Shown here: positions 13,061 through 25,001 of the stretch, piece after piece
Numbering within the stretch: position 1 is the stretch's first letter
Layout: each line of letters starts with the position of its first letter
Assembly (NCBI GenBank): GCA_001642005.1
Contig: LWCA01000020.1
Span: 1 to 64,000 of the forward strand
Source of the DNA: Intoshia linei
Lineage: Eukaryota > Animalia > Orthonectida
DNA: 64,000 nucleotides
Direction of reading: 5' to 3'
Notes under the pieces: generated by a model
What the model was told of the DNA's origin: nothing
Database searches by the model: none
What the model saw: only the letters and a program-made list of their open reading frames with translations
Position numbers and translations under genes: made by a program

Positions 13061-13440
13061 CAGTAGTTTCTCGTTTATAAGTACACTCGTTATTAAATCC
13101 ATTAAATTTAACAATAACTCGAGTACAAGTTTATTCTACTAGCTATTTAAAAACTTCATATTAAATATTTATACTGAATTAATTATTAATTTTAATAATA
13201 TATTTCTTAGAATATTTTAAAAAAAAATTAATTTGATTTTTATTAACATTTTTAGTTAGTTATTATATCGACAGTGAACTTAGCATAGTTTGCCTCTCAT
13301 CCTCGGATATGGATGGTTTAGCATTGTAAATTACGACTCGTAATCATAGTTGGTATTGCTGTTTTGCGTGGTCGTTTGTAATCATCAGCTACCTCTTGAT
13401 ATGAATTACCATCTTCAATTTCGGGTATAATTTCTAATTT
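13061..13440 (-). mobile_element. pogo/Tigger remnant (HTH_psq fragment)
   Basis: The minus strand at ~13438-13320 reads KLEIIPEIEDGNSYQEVADDYKRP, resembling the CENP-B/Tigger N-terminal HTH. A Tigger-like end TA|CAGTAGTTTCTCGTTTATAAGTACACTC lies at 13061. Confidence 0.5.
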
Positions 13441-13572
13441 ACAGTTTAATTACATTACATTTAAAATTAGTAATTAAATTTATAGCAATTCTTCGTTTAA
13501 TTTTTATAGTTTCATTATAGTTATAGTTCAAGTTTTATAGCAATAATACAAATTATTATAATTAATAATATA

Positions 13573-13896
13573 CAGGTTATTCTCGATTTTTTACAGACAA
13601 TTTTTTGACAAAATCTGAAGTTTATTTTTCAAGTTTTTTAAAAATTTTCTAATTTAAAGTAAAGTAATTGTTTTAATTGTATTATAAGTATTTCCGTCCA
13701 ACATGCATTTAAACATTTCACAAAAATTAGAAATATTAAAAGATATTGATAATGAAATGAAACCATCTTAAATATCTCTTAAATATGGGGTTTAAAGAAG
13801 AACAATATATTATATAAAGAAAAATTTTCATTATGATCGATTTTAGACATTCGTGATTTTTTCAACTATTTTTGTCAACAAATCGAGAATAACCTG
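13573..13896. mobile_element. Tc1/mariner-type MITE
   Basis: Perfect 17-bp TIR CAGGTTATTCTCGATTT, flanked by TA on both sides. Confidence 0.85.
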
Positions 13897-14317
13897 TATA
13901 TGTATATAAATTTTATATACATAATTAAAATGAAAATCAGCAGACTTTGAGTGAATTTAATTAAATTAATTTTAATTTGGCGGAATTATTTCACTCAGCA
14001 ACAATTTTAAAATTGATGTTTTATTGCTGTATTTAATAACGATATACTACTGTAAGTAAATTAAATTATATTCGATTTAAAGTATGAAGAAGTTTTCAGT
14101 AAAGGCAAGCTCGTCCTCACAGACCGGAGTCAAGGAATTTTAAGTACCTAAAATATCTGCGTGGATATGTAATAAACACGTATTACTGCCAACCGAGGAC
14201 GAAAAACGTTAATACATCATGATCTATACATGGTGGTCAATACAATGATCATGTAGCAATTTTGAATGAGATAACGTGACTTGACTAAAAGTTTATTATT
14301 GTTTACATCAATCAAAA

Positions 14318-15454
14318 ATGAATCTAGTCTTACGTGTAATTCTGTTTATTACTCTATTATGCTTTTCACTTGTATACGTATCATTAATATTTGTATCGTA
14401 CATGGATTACCCGATTGTCTATGATCTAAGAGTGAAGAAGAGTCTAATTGACGATGTTAAAGAGGTTTTATTCATAGAAAAAGACGCAAACATTTGTTTT
14501 TCTCCGCATTTAATGATACTTGCATTAACGTCTATACAATTAACTAACCAATATATACGGTTTAAAAATTACAAAGAATTTATAAATATTTTTCATACAC
14601 TATCTAAACGTAGAGAAATAATGAATATTGCCAGTAAACTGAAAAATGTAAAAATTAACCTTCTCAATAGAATGTATATGCCAACTCACGTTGATATCAA
14701 TGAACGATTCGTGAAAAAACTACAAATGATTGGTTTGAATAATTTCATCGTGGAAATGGATTATAGTCCAGAAAAAACTATACTCCAAATAAACAAATGG
14801 ATATCAACTGAAACGGGTGATCATAATTCAAATTTTTTGAAAAAAAACTCAATTTTACATACCACACAGGTTGTATCATTTCATTTATTCAATTTTCAAC
14901 ACATTTTTACAGATACTATTGAATTTTCTCGGGATATTTTTCATCCTTATGATCAGAGACTATATGGAGTTGACTACTTTTCAACAGTTTCTAAAGTTCA
15001 ATATTTACGATACTTTGATTCCGATCTTGTTAGAATACGTTTGGAAAATAATATTTATATGATGATTTTACTTCCACATGTATTTGTTAAAGATTATCAA
15101 TTGGATATAAAAAATCTTAGATATTTCAAAAAGTATTTTCGATCGGAAACTATTCAAATAGTTTTACCGGTAATTGACTTGATATACAGTTTACCTATTC
15201 AAGAAATAATACGTAAAAATTTGACCGAATCTATGCATTTTTGGGCTACTCCAATTAATAAGCTTAATGAAAATGAAGAAACGTTACATTTATCTAATTT
15301 TACTATTTCGTCAAAATTTTCAATATCAGCAAAATTAACACAGAAAAAGACAAAATTCACCCATTTACGGAAAATGGTTGTCAATAGACCGTTTTTTATT
15401 GTAATTTATTATCAAGACGATCCTTTACTCATTTCATACATTAATAAACCTTAA
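14318..15454 (+). CDS. Divergent serpin-fold protein, intronless, probably non-inhibitory, with a long N-terminal hydrophobic segment
   Basis: 378-aa single ORF with serpin motifs NICFSPHLMILAL, INKWISTETG, YMMILLP, IVLP and the C-terminal VNRPFFIVI...LLISYINKP. The EEGTEAAA-type hinge is absent. Confidence 0.85.
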   Translation: MNLVLRVILFITLLCFSLVYVSLIFVSYMDYPIVYDLRVKKSLIDDVKEVLFIEKDANICFSPHLMILALTSIQLTNQYIRFKNYKEFINIFHTLSKRREIMNIASKLKNVKINLLNRMYMPTHVDINERFVKKLQMIGLNNFIVEMDYSPEKTILQINKWISTETGDHNSNFLKKNSILHTTQVVSFHLFNFQHIFTDTIEFSRDIFHPYDQRLYGVDYFSTVSKVQYLRYFDSDLVRIRLENNIYMMILLPHVFVKDYQLDIKNLRYFKKYFRSETIQIVLPVIDLIYSLPIQEIIRKNLTESMHFWATPINKLNENEETLHLSNFTISSKFSISAKLTQKKTKFTHLRKMVVNRPFFIVIYYQDDPLLISYINKP

Positions 15455-16476
15455 TATTCCATTCGTTTAAATTGAAGAATATCTTTTGACACTACCATCA
15501 TATTTACAATCACACTTAAGAGATTATGAACGGTTTCACAATTTATCGTTTTATTTGGATTTTTCAATAAAAATTCTTTTTTTTATTTTTAACCCTTTCA
15601 CTGTCTGTGTATTCTATACTATACACAACAATTTCACTTAACATGCTGTGTATTCTATGATATACACATCATAATTTTGAAAAACTTTATTTTATTTTCT
15701 ATTTATGATTATTATGATTTTATATTTATCGTTTTTAATCTTTGCACATTTTTGAATATCGGTGTATTTTTTATCAAAATTTAAAGTGCGCCCAATTTTT
15801 TATTTAGCAGGTACGCTCTGAAGTAAAAAAGGTTAAGAAACACTGCTCTAAGATATATCGTTCAAATGAATGTTCGCAAAATTAAAAAATCAATTTGTGT
15901 TTGCATTAGTTCGTTTTTAATTTATATTTATTATACAGTATATAATATAATATATGTAGTAAATAATTATATGTGTAAACAAATTCATAGAAATAATAGT
16001 TCTGCAAAGGGCTGACATTTCCGATAAATTTTTACATTATATTAACAGGTCAATTATCAAATTATTTAATTTTACTAATAAAAAAATTCAATAAATAAAT
16101 ATAGATTGTTACAAACATTGAAATTAGAATTTATTAATTGCAAAAATTAAACTTTAATTTAAGTGATTAAAGCCTGGATTTTTGAATTAATAATATTATA
16201 AGTTTTTGACCGAGAATATTTAAATTTCTGACTAGAAAATTTTAAACAATGCAATACCTGAAAAAAATGTTACATTTTGGGAACATTGGCGGGATAATGG
16301 AATATACTGATGTATACTATTTATAATTTGACTAAATTGTTTAATATAACTTGAATCTTGATGAAATTGTATACAAGATTTAATATAAAGGATATAAACA
16401 AAAGTGTTCGTTTATTTTTTGATGGAAAAGTGAAATGTACATAATTAAAGCCAATGGTGTTACATTATTACTACTA

Positions 16477-18787
16477 TTAAATAATGGTACATTTAAATTT
16501 ATATCCCTTCTTAGGTTTTGGATTAATAATTATACGTCCAATACTTTCAAACATTTCTGCCACTCCCTCTTGTGTTTTAGCAGAACATTCATAATATCCG
16601 TCAAAATTAATAAGGGTGCACATTTCCTTAGTGTGATGAGTTTGAAGTGGAGCTTCTTTAGCTGTTGCCATATGTTGAATTGCCTCAGGATTATTGCGCA
16701 TATCAATTTTTAAAGCTGCAATTAATTTAATTGCTGTTGGACAAAAATGAGCAATTTCAAATGACCATTTTTCATGTATATTTTTCCAAGAATTTATCAA
16801 TTCAACACTAAAAACGTTCAAAATCACATCCGTGTTGGGATATCTAAAATTTCAAATAAGGTAAATTTAAAATTTTACAATTAACATCACATACTAGTGG
16901 ACACGATCAGACCTTACGCTTACGCGTGTCCGCAGTTTAGTCCGTAAAATATGACCCAAAAGATCATTAATAAAGATCATAATTAAACCATGAGTTGAAC
17001 TGGCACTGTAATGTATGTGATGAATAATTATTTATTAATCTATTACTTATATAAAAATGAATGATTGTGTAACCATTTATTGAAAAAATTCAGTCGCAGG
17101 ATTTAAAAAAAACCCCAATTTCTAATACAGTTTTTATCCATTTTTCAGTTTCAGAATTTGAGTCCTTTAGGCTAAAAAACCCAATTTTCCTTCTTGTTTA
17201 AAAAAATCAACCCAAAAATTTTATAAAACATACATTCTGGGACACGTATTAAAATCATTAGCATTGTCGTTAAACCTCAGCCTCAAAAACGCATACCTTC
17301 ATGGTCAAAACCACAAATTACCCTTTGTTTTAAAAATTAAAACAGCTCTAGAATTTAAAAAAATTACAGATGGTACAATTGTATCTGTTAAGAAACACTA
17401 AAAATGTCAATCTGAATAAGTGACGCCTTCACAGTCAAAAAAGTACTTTAATATTCATTTTTTTTTTATTTGGAAACTATTTTATTAAAACAAAAAATTT
17501 GAAATAATTATTGATTCTACAATTAAGATTGTTCTGATAGAGCTTATTCCATTTGTAATAAATACAAAATTTCAACCCAGAAGTCTATGCATTCCTGGTT
17601 AAAAATAATTTTTAATGTATTATCAACCAATATTTTACAAATGTTGGATGAAAATTAAAAATGAAAAAACTAAAATAATCATCCTACAATTTCAAAAAAA
17701 ATTTGCATTGAACTTCCACACATTTACAATAAATAAATATGGGTGAAAATCGATATAATTCATTCCTTCGGGGTAAAATTCATCTGAAACGTGTTTCTAA
17801 AATGCTGATTCCGTTAATTATTAATACATAATTTTTAATTATTGATTAACTTGATACTGAATATATATTATCATATTGAAAATGACAAAATACATTTTTA
17901 CAATTTTATTTTATCTGGAATTTATGTTATTTATGACAATTTTTTTTAAAATTCTTTACACAAATGTTAACAAAATAAATGTATACATTTAGCGTGCAAT
18001 AATTCACTTTAAATTTAAAGGTAATGTAATGTGACGGGTCCACGTGTAACAAGTATGGAATCACTCCTTTAAATGATTGATAGTAGTGAATAGTAGCATT
18101 TATAGGTTAAATTTTCTTATTGAATTTATTTTTCTGGTAGAATAAAAATGTCCGCCCTCGGCAGAGCTAGGATGCTGTTTGTACGAAGTACATAACAGTC
18201 AAGATATTATTATTATTATTGTCTGTTTGTAGTGTGTAATTGAAATTAAATGAAATTAATTAGTGTGGTAATTAGGGTTGCCAACTGCGTTATTTTCCTC
18301 CTGAGATTTTGTTAACTGGGCGATAGAGATGTACTATTTGACGAAAATTTGTCAAGTTTATTGAACTGTGTACCCTAAAAATACTTGACTAGAAATAATA
18401 TCTTGGAAAAGTTGAAGCGTGCGACAAGCATCAGATGTGTCATGCAAAATTCAATAAATATTGGTCATATACAAATGTATGACGAATACCAAAAATAAAT
18501 GTACTATTTACAATTAGTCGGTCAAGGTAAAAAAGAGCTGCTCATACACATAAAATAAAAAATTACGAGAGAGGTCTCAGTCTATCATACTCTTCTTGAC
18601 CTGCAGTATCCCATAAAGACAATTGTAAAACTTCCTTGTCTATTTTGATTGTTGTTACAAAAGTATCAAACACTGTTGGAATATAGACATCTGAATATTC
18701 GTTATTTACAAAACTGATTAAAAGCGATGTCTTTCCTACTGCTCCGTCGCCGACTACAACCAATTTTTTTTCGGTAATTGTTGCCAT
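16477..18787 (-). CDS. Rho-family small GTPase (2 exons)
   Basis: Exons 18787-18567 and 16843-16477 join to give RLRPLS|YPNTDV. Motifs: G1 GDGAVGKT, effector loop YIPTVFD, G3 [11 protein letters not shown]4 LKID, G5 ECSAK, basic tail and CAAX box CTII. Confidence 0.93.
17039..18206 (+). mobile_element. Helitron family A variant (different 5' end) in the Rho intron
   Basis: 5' A|TCTATTACTTATATAAAAATGAA; shared internal modules; 3' GCCCTCGGCAGAGCTAG...CTGTTTGTACGAAGTACATAACAGTCAAG. Confidence 0.7.
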
Positions 18788-19128
18788 CGTTTTACAATAA
18801 TTTCCAATTTTATGAAAACTAAATAGAGGTATACAAAAAAGCGAATAAAATAAAAATGTACCGTACGGCAGTGATTAGTAATTGATTTACAAATTTTCTA
18901 CTAAATTATCACTATTTTTAGAAACATTGTGGTATCTTAGTTTAACTAAATTCATTTGTTTAAACAATGTTATTTATTGATAAATAACTTTATAGATTTT
19001 AAGGGTTTGAATTTAATACATGGTAAAATGGTTTTTAATACTAAAATTTTGAATAAAAAGTTGAGTATTCCTAGTGAACGTAAACATAACTTGACTTATA
19101 TTTATTTTGTAATTTTCAAAATTTGGCA

Positions 19129-22100
19129 ATGAAGAAAAAAATTTTTTACAGTAAAACCCGTAAAAATAAAACCTGCAACAGACAATACAAAAAAACATTT
19201 TTATGGTAAAATGTTTAAATATTTATCAATATTATTAGGATGTCTATTTTCGTCATGTCCTTTATAGGAATTGTATTGTTTGGATATATGGTAATGATGA
19301 TTATATTTTTAATAAACGAAGCAGAAAAAAACAACTGTTATGAATTCTCAATCTTTATTTCATATGGATCGATTTAAGCTATTTTTAAAACCATTGTTAA
19401 TTGAAAGACGGGTGGGAACTGACGGTCATGGTGATGCTAAAAAGGTTTGGCGCATAAGATGTGTTTAATTTTTTATTAGCATATAATAGATACTATGAAA
19501 TCTATCGGGTATACGATTATTGAACATTCTTTCATTTCTAAAACTCCGCATGGTTCAAAAACTTTTACAAATGTTATTGCTCAACCCAAATTTATTAAAT
19601 CAGAAATTATTTCTTTTGCTTGTCATTATGATTCCAAGATTTATCCGTTTCATTTTGTTGGCGCCACCGATTCCGCTGTTCCTTGCGCCATGTTGATTGA
19701 ATTTGCTCATAATATTTTTAACATACTTGAAGTAATTTTTAATAATGTTAAAACACTATATCTTGTTTTATGGTAACTTTTCGAAAGGGAAGAGTGCCCA
19801 AAAACGAAGGGTAATATATAAACTAATTTCTTACATGTAAATTAAATTTTTAATCATGTTCATACATGAGGAACTTATAATTATTAATTATATCTCATCT
19901 ACATGATTATCCATAATTGATCATTTTTTGAAATGTTTGTTTTGTTTTAAAAGGTCGCATTTTAATTTTAATGCTCAATTTTAAAATTAACAAAATTAAA
20001 GTATAGCAGTCACGATATACCTATGAATTTATATTTTTTGACGGTGAAGAAGCGTTTGAAAATTGGGATGATAATGATTCATTGTATGGAGCCCGTCAGC
20101 TGGTAAAGGATATTTCAAAAAACCAAGGACTGTTTAAAGATAGACAACATAAAAATATGGTATTTTAATACAGAAATTGTATATCATGCAAATAAATCAT
20201 TCTTATATCTAATAATGTATACAAATATGTATAATTCGTCAAATATTTACATGAGTCATTTAAAACAGCCATTCTCAACGGGGTCCACAGCACTTTTTTG
20301 GGTTCCATGAAAAATATATACATTTATTACATATTATATAACAGTGGTTCCCAAATTTTAAAACCTACGGACCCACAATCAATATATCCTTCATTTATAA
20401 ATAATTGTCTATGTGTGTGTTACCGTTTATTTGAAAAAGTAACAGTCGTAGAATTTAAAAAACACAAATTCTAATACAGTTTTTCAAGAGTGATATTTAT
20501 CGCAAACTTAATTTTCAGAAATTAAGTCTTTCAGAGTTAAAACCCAAATTACATTTTTTTTAATAAATAATAAAATCACTCGTAGAATTGTAAAGAACAT
20601 ATGTATTAACGCGTACGCGTTATAATATCATTACTATTTTCGTAAATCTCAACCTCTGAAACTTACATCTTCATGGTCAAACCCCAAAATTACCAATTTT
20701 TTTGAAATGAAAAAAGTATCAGAATTTTATAAGTCATAAATTCTGAGTAGTTTTTAAAATCATGAGCATTACCATTATCTCAACTTCAAAAACTTAAAAT
20801 CAATTAAAAAATCGAACTTAAATTAAATTAGTAAGTATTATAACATGTTACTGTGTGGCGCAAAAAAAATAAAAAAATTCCTACTTTTTACAACAAATAT
20901 AGCTATTACCCATGAAAAATATCAAATTACCCACTCGTGGGTAAATACCCACAGGGTGGGAATCACTAATATAGAGATAATTTGTAATTTATATTATTTT
21001 AGAAATTATTAATTCTGTTGGACCTCATTGGCAATAAATATCCAATATTTAATCCGTTTATAAACTCTAAAATATTTCCAATTTTACAAAATATTGGTAA
21101 TTTTTAATATTTCATTTTATGATATTGAGACTACAGGTATATCTAGGTAAAATAGACCCTGAAAGTCTTTGATACTACATTCAACCGCACTATAAGAGAT
21201 GTACAACGTATAAAAACCTAATAATTCATACCTTATTTACTGAAAGTTTAATTTTATGACAAGGGGACAAAGACATCAATTTTTCATATTTTATTTATTT
21301 ATCACAGTAAACTATCAATAATCTGGGTTTCTAACCACTTTTCAGGGTAAGTGGTCACTTTTGGAGCTACTACTGTATATAATTATTATTCGAAAAGGTG
21401 AATGGTTGATATCTTCATTACGTCTAATATTTGGAAATTAGGTCCCATTTATTGAAGTTTGATAATATTATCTTGTAATAATAATTTAGTCACTTTATTT
21501 TATTGTTTTGTATGCATTTATTTGTTTTTGTTAGACACATACACCTTTTTCGATTCAAATTCAAAAAGGTGTATAATGGCGCCAATAAATTAGAAAACTG
21601 TTATTGAATGTTCCACTTTATTTAAATTTTACGAGCCGTCTTAGAAAAATCTGTATTAACCGGGGTATACATACAAATACATGTATACAAAACATAATTA
21701 AAAACAATATTAAAGTGCATTTTGACCGTGAAGATATAAGATATAATAATAATAATCGGTGATTGAATTTTTTTTTACATGTTAACTGAAAACATTGTAT
21801 TAGCTAAACTAATATTATTCTTTTTAAATTCTGGGACTATTAGTTTTTTTGTTATTTTTCAAAATAAAGAGTAATTTGTGGTTTTTCATTTTGTAAATTT
21901 TTCAATTCAAATTTCAAATAAAAAAATGATTGTTGTTGACAGTTAAGATGCAAATTTCTAGCGAGTTGATTGAAATTGATCGTACTTTTTGTACCGGGAA
22001 ATACTGACTTGGAATTTGTGTTTTAAAATTTCTCCAATTTTCAGTTTTCTAAATTAATGAGGTATAATAATGGTATAAATAATCTTAATGATATGCATTA

Positions 22101-24368
22101 CGCTACACTTGTTGAATCAACAATGATATAAACAGTGCTGATATTATTTTTATAGGAGAATTTTGAATATTTTTTATAGAGTTGCCAGATGTTGGGAATT
22201 TATCCAAAAGCCTAGACGACCACTACATTATTATTTCAAAAATCTTACTTTTATCCCACCATTTATAAAATTTAATAAAATATACCACTTCAAATTTTCA
22301 AGGTCAAATCGACTTTTACCGATATTTTTTAAAATATCTTTTTTTCCAATATTTTTTTGAAAAACTTGATTTTACTTTATTATTTTATCTTATGAGAAAA
22401 AACCTTTAATTTCTACCCCAAAATAAAAATACCATTTTACCAAAATTTAATAGAAAAATCACCTTTTTTCAATATTTTTTTAAAAAACACGATTTTACCA
22501 AATCATATGAGAAGAACATTTCATTTTTTCATAAATGTTTTATATTTCATGTTTCCTTTGGGATCCAAAAAAAATAAATATTGTGAAATGGTGGTCCGTA
22601 CACTACAGTGTATTTGCATCGGGAATTACTGTTATACAATCCAATCCCGCTTTGGGGCATACTCGTATTTTTGGGCACTTTTTCAGAATTATGTTAATTT
22701 TATAGTATTTATATCGATGGAATAGCAATATATGTGAAATTAACCCCGCTTTTGGGGCAAAAATGTTGTTAATATAAAATATATAAGTATACTTGCTATA
22801 GTGATGCCATTAAATTAAAATTATATTATTCAAATATTTTGCATACATTTTTATATGTATTTATCGTAATTCATTAATTTTTCATTCATGCCTATATTTT
22901 AATATCTGATAAATTATTAATTACTATTCTAGATTAGAAAGTAAGTATAATTCTAAAAATTAAGTATATATTATTACAAAAATATTCGTAACTTTGATTT
23001 GAGATTTTTATTAAATTTTGATTATCAGGTATTTACCTGAAAATATAACTATAAACAGTGTTGGACTCTAATAGAAACAAATATAATATCATAATGTATT
23101 GCAATAGTTGAAATATTCAATGAAAATTTAGATAAATTACTAAAACCCCTGATGGACTTTGGGGCACTTTTCAAAAAATGGTGCCCCAATCCGAGATCCG
23201 ACTGTATAATAATAATTACATAAGAACATTTTTAGCAATTTTTAGTTTATATGAGTAAGTTGTATTTATTTTTCGTTGCAGAATAATGCATGCTATAAAG
23301 TAGGGTACATGTGTGCTAGTATATTGACAGTAGGACTAAAAAATATATTGCACAATTTTGAGAACCGCAACACTGAAAACGATAAAAATTATTTATAAGT
23401 TATAAATAATAACCATGACTTTATCAGATTTTAACTATCATGATGATATGGTCATCATTAAATATTGCGATTAATTTTTTGATATTATCATTGATATTAG
23501 TTGTTTTAAAATTAAATTGTATTCAATTTTGTTAATTAATTAACTATTACCGTACGTCATATTGTCGATATTGTCCTATTGTATACTATACTATACTATA
23601 CTATACACTCCAATTGTTGATCGATCAATACGTAGTTTTTATACTGAATTCTGAATTGAAATCAGGATCAATTGATGTGTATATTGTACATTGTACAACG
23701 TACAATAGCAATGTTAAAATGGATATATTTAGCCAGTATAAATTTATACAGAAATCACTCTGGTGGTGATGATTGAATACATTTTAGAAAAAGCATTATT
23801 TCCCTCTCATGGAATTAGGTATTTCAAAGGAAGTTATAAATGGATTCAAATTGAAGATGATCATGTGCCTTTTCAAAAAATTGGTGAGTTGAATTCAATA
23901 TATCAGTAAATTTGGTATTTACATTATGTTAATTTGATTATAATTATATAATACAAAATTTGAATACTTCCATTTGAAGTCTTTGATGATTAACTTTGAC
24001 AATTATCAGAAATATTATTAAAGTGTAAATTAATCAATGTGATTTTTCTACAAATGGAAAAATTTTTAGAAAATAAAATTAGGTAAGAGTTTCAAGGGCT
24101 CTTGTTGACACCTCTCTCAATTTGGAAATCAATTATTTTAACTAAAACTGAAAAGAAACTTTCCCCAGTCACCTAATATTTCAGATGCCGTTTTAATTTA
24201 TTAATTTGTTATATAGGTGTTAACGTATTGCATTTGATTCCATACCCATTTCCTCAAACGTGGCATACTGAAGACGACAACCAATGGAACATTGACTATG
24301 AATCTATTCAAGATATAGGAATGATACTTTTACATTATGTTTTCTATATTGAAAAACATGAAAATTAA
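19129..24368 (+). CDS. QPCTL: Glutaminyl-peptide cyclotransferase, Golgi type II membrane (isoQC/QPCTL-like)
   Basis: Exons about 19129-19205, 19239-19290, 19325-19443, 19480-19730, 20010-20159, 21003-21095, 23788-23883, 24217-24368. Motifs ACHYDSK, GATDSAVPCAM, FFDGEEAF, DSLYGAR, LLDLIG, IEDDHVPF, HLIPYPFPQTWHT; the Zn ligands D/E/H are intact. A basic N-tail precedes a TM anchor (WMSIFVMSFIGIVLFGYM). Confidence 0.88.
20342..20968. mobile_element. hAT-type MITE ends enclosing a Helitron-like fragment
   Basis: CAGTGGTTCCCAA...GGTGGGAATCACTA; the right end is near-identical to 61590-61655, and the interior ~20385-20800 matches Helitron modules. No clear TSD. Confidence 0.55.
22133..22631 (-). 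mobile_element. hAT MITE, paralogue of 51807-52707 without the nested insert
   Basis: Reverse complement aligns with 51807-52230 plus 52540-52600; terminal CAGTAATTCCCGAT. Confidence 0.65.
22637..23204. mobile_element. pogo/mariner-like MITE
   Basis: Imperfect TIR CAATCCAATCCCGCTTTGGGGCAT / CAGTCGGATCTCGGATTGGGGCAC with TA flanks and internal TTTGGGGCA subrepeats. Confidence 0.55.
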
Positions 24369-25001
24369 AAATTAAATAAAAAATTTAAATTCATGTTTTG
24401 AAATGAATATCGTTAACGTATACCATTTCCAAAATTATTCTAAATTTTAATTGAAATAATCTATTTCTATGAACCACATTAAGATTAAATGGAAAATGTA
24501 TATTGTACAATATACACGTTCATGAATTAGTTCCATATAGCATAAAATAGTTGTATTATTTTCATGAAAATATATAATGTAACCTAATTTTATACAAATG
24601 GCTGGTAATAAACTAGCTAAATTTTGCAAAATTGGAACATTGTATATGCTAGATTCTAATTTACAAGTTTCCATATGCACTTTCTAAATTGGCATTGATC
24701 CAACGTTTGCAATTTTAAACTGTAAGTTTGTTAATTATATATTAAATATATTAACGTATATACGGTAATATTTGAAATGCATTTATGTTTAGATTGTGAC
24801 AAATAGTTTTGTTTTTTTATTGATTTTTTAATTTTAAGTAAAGCTATATTTTAAAAGTAAAAATAACTAAATTTTGGTTGGTACTTTAAAATTTTCACTA
24901 TACAGAAGTAACCAACTCTTTCTGTTAAACAAATAATTAATTATATTGATATTAAAATATAAAATAATGCTCATAGCGTTAATATTTTAGCTGCATAAAT
25001 A

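Noticed and set aside
14187-14206. Hammerhead ribozyme (GAGGACGAAA)
   Set aside because: No CUGANGA core lies upstream.
15590-16010. piggyBac-like TTAACCC end
   Set aside because: No matching GGG-TTAA right end or TSD was found.
24447-24730. Possible small gene between QPCTL and ZFYVE1
   Set aside because: All frames after the best acceptor hit stops, and no motifs are recognisable.
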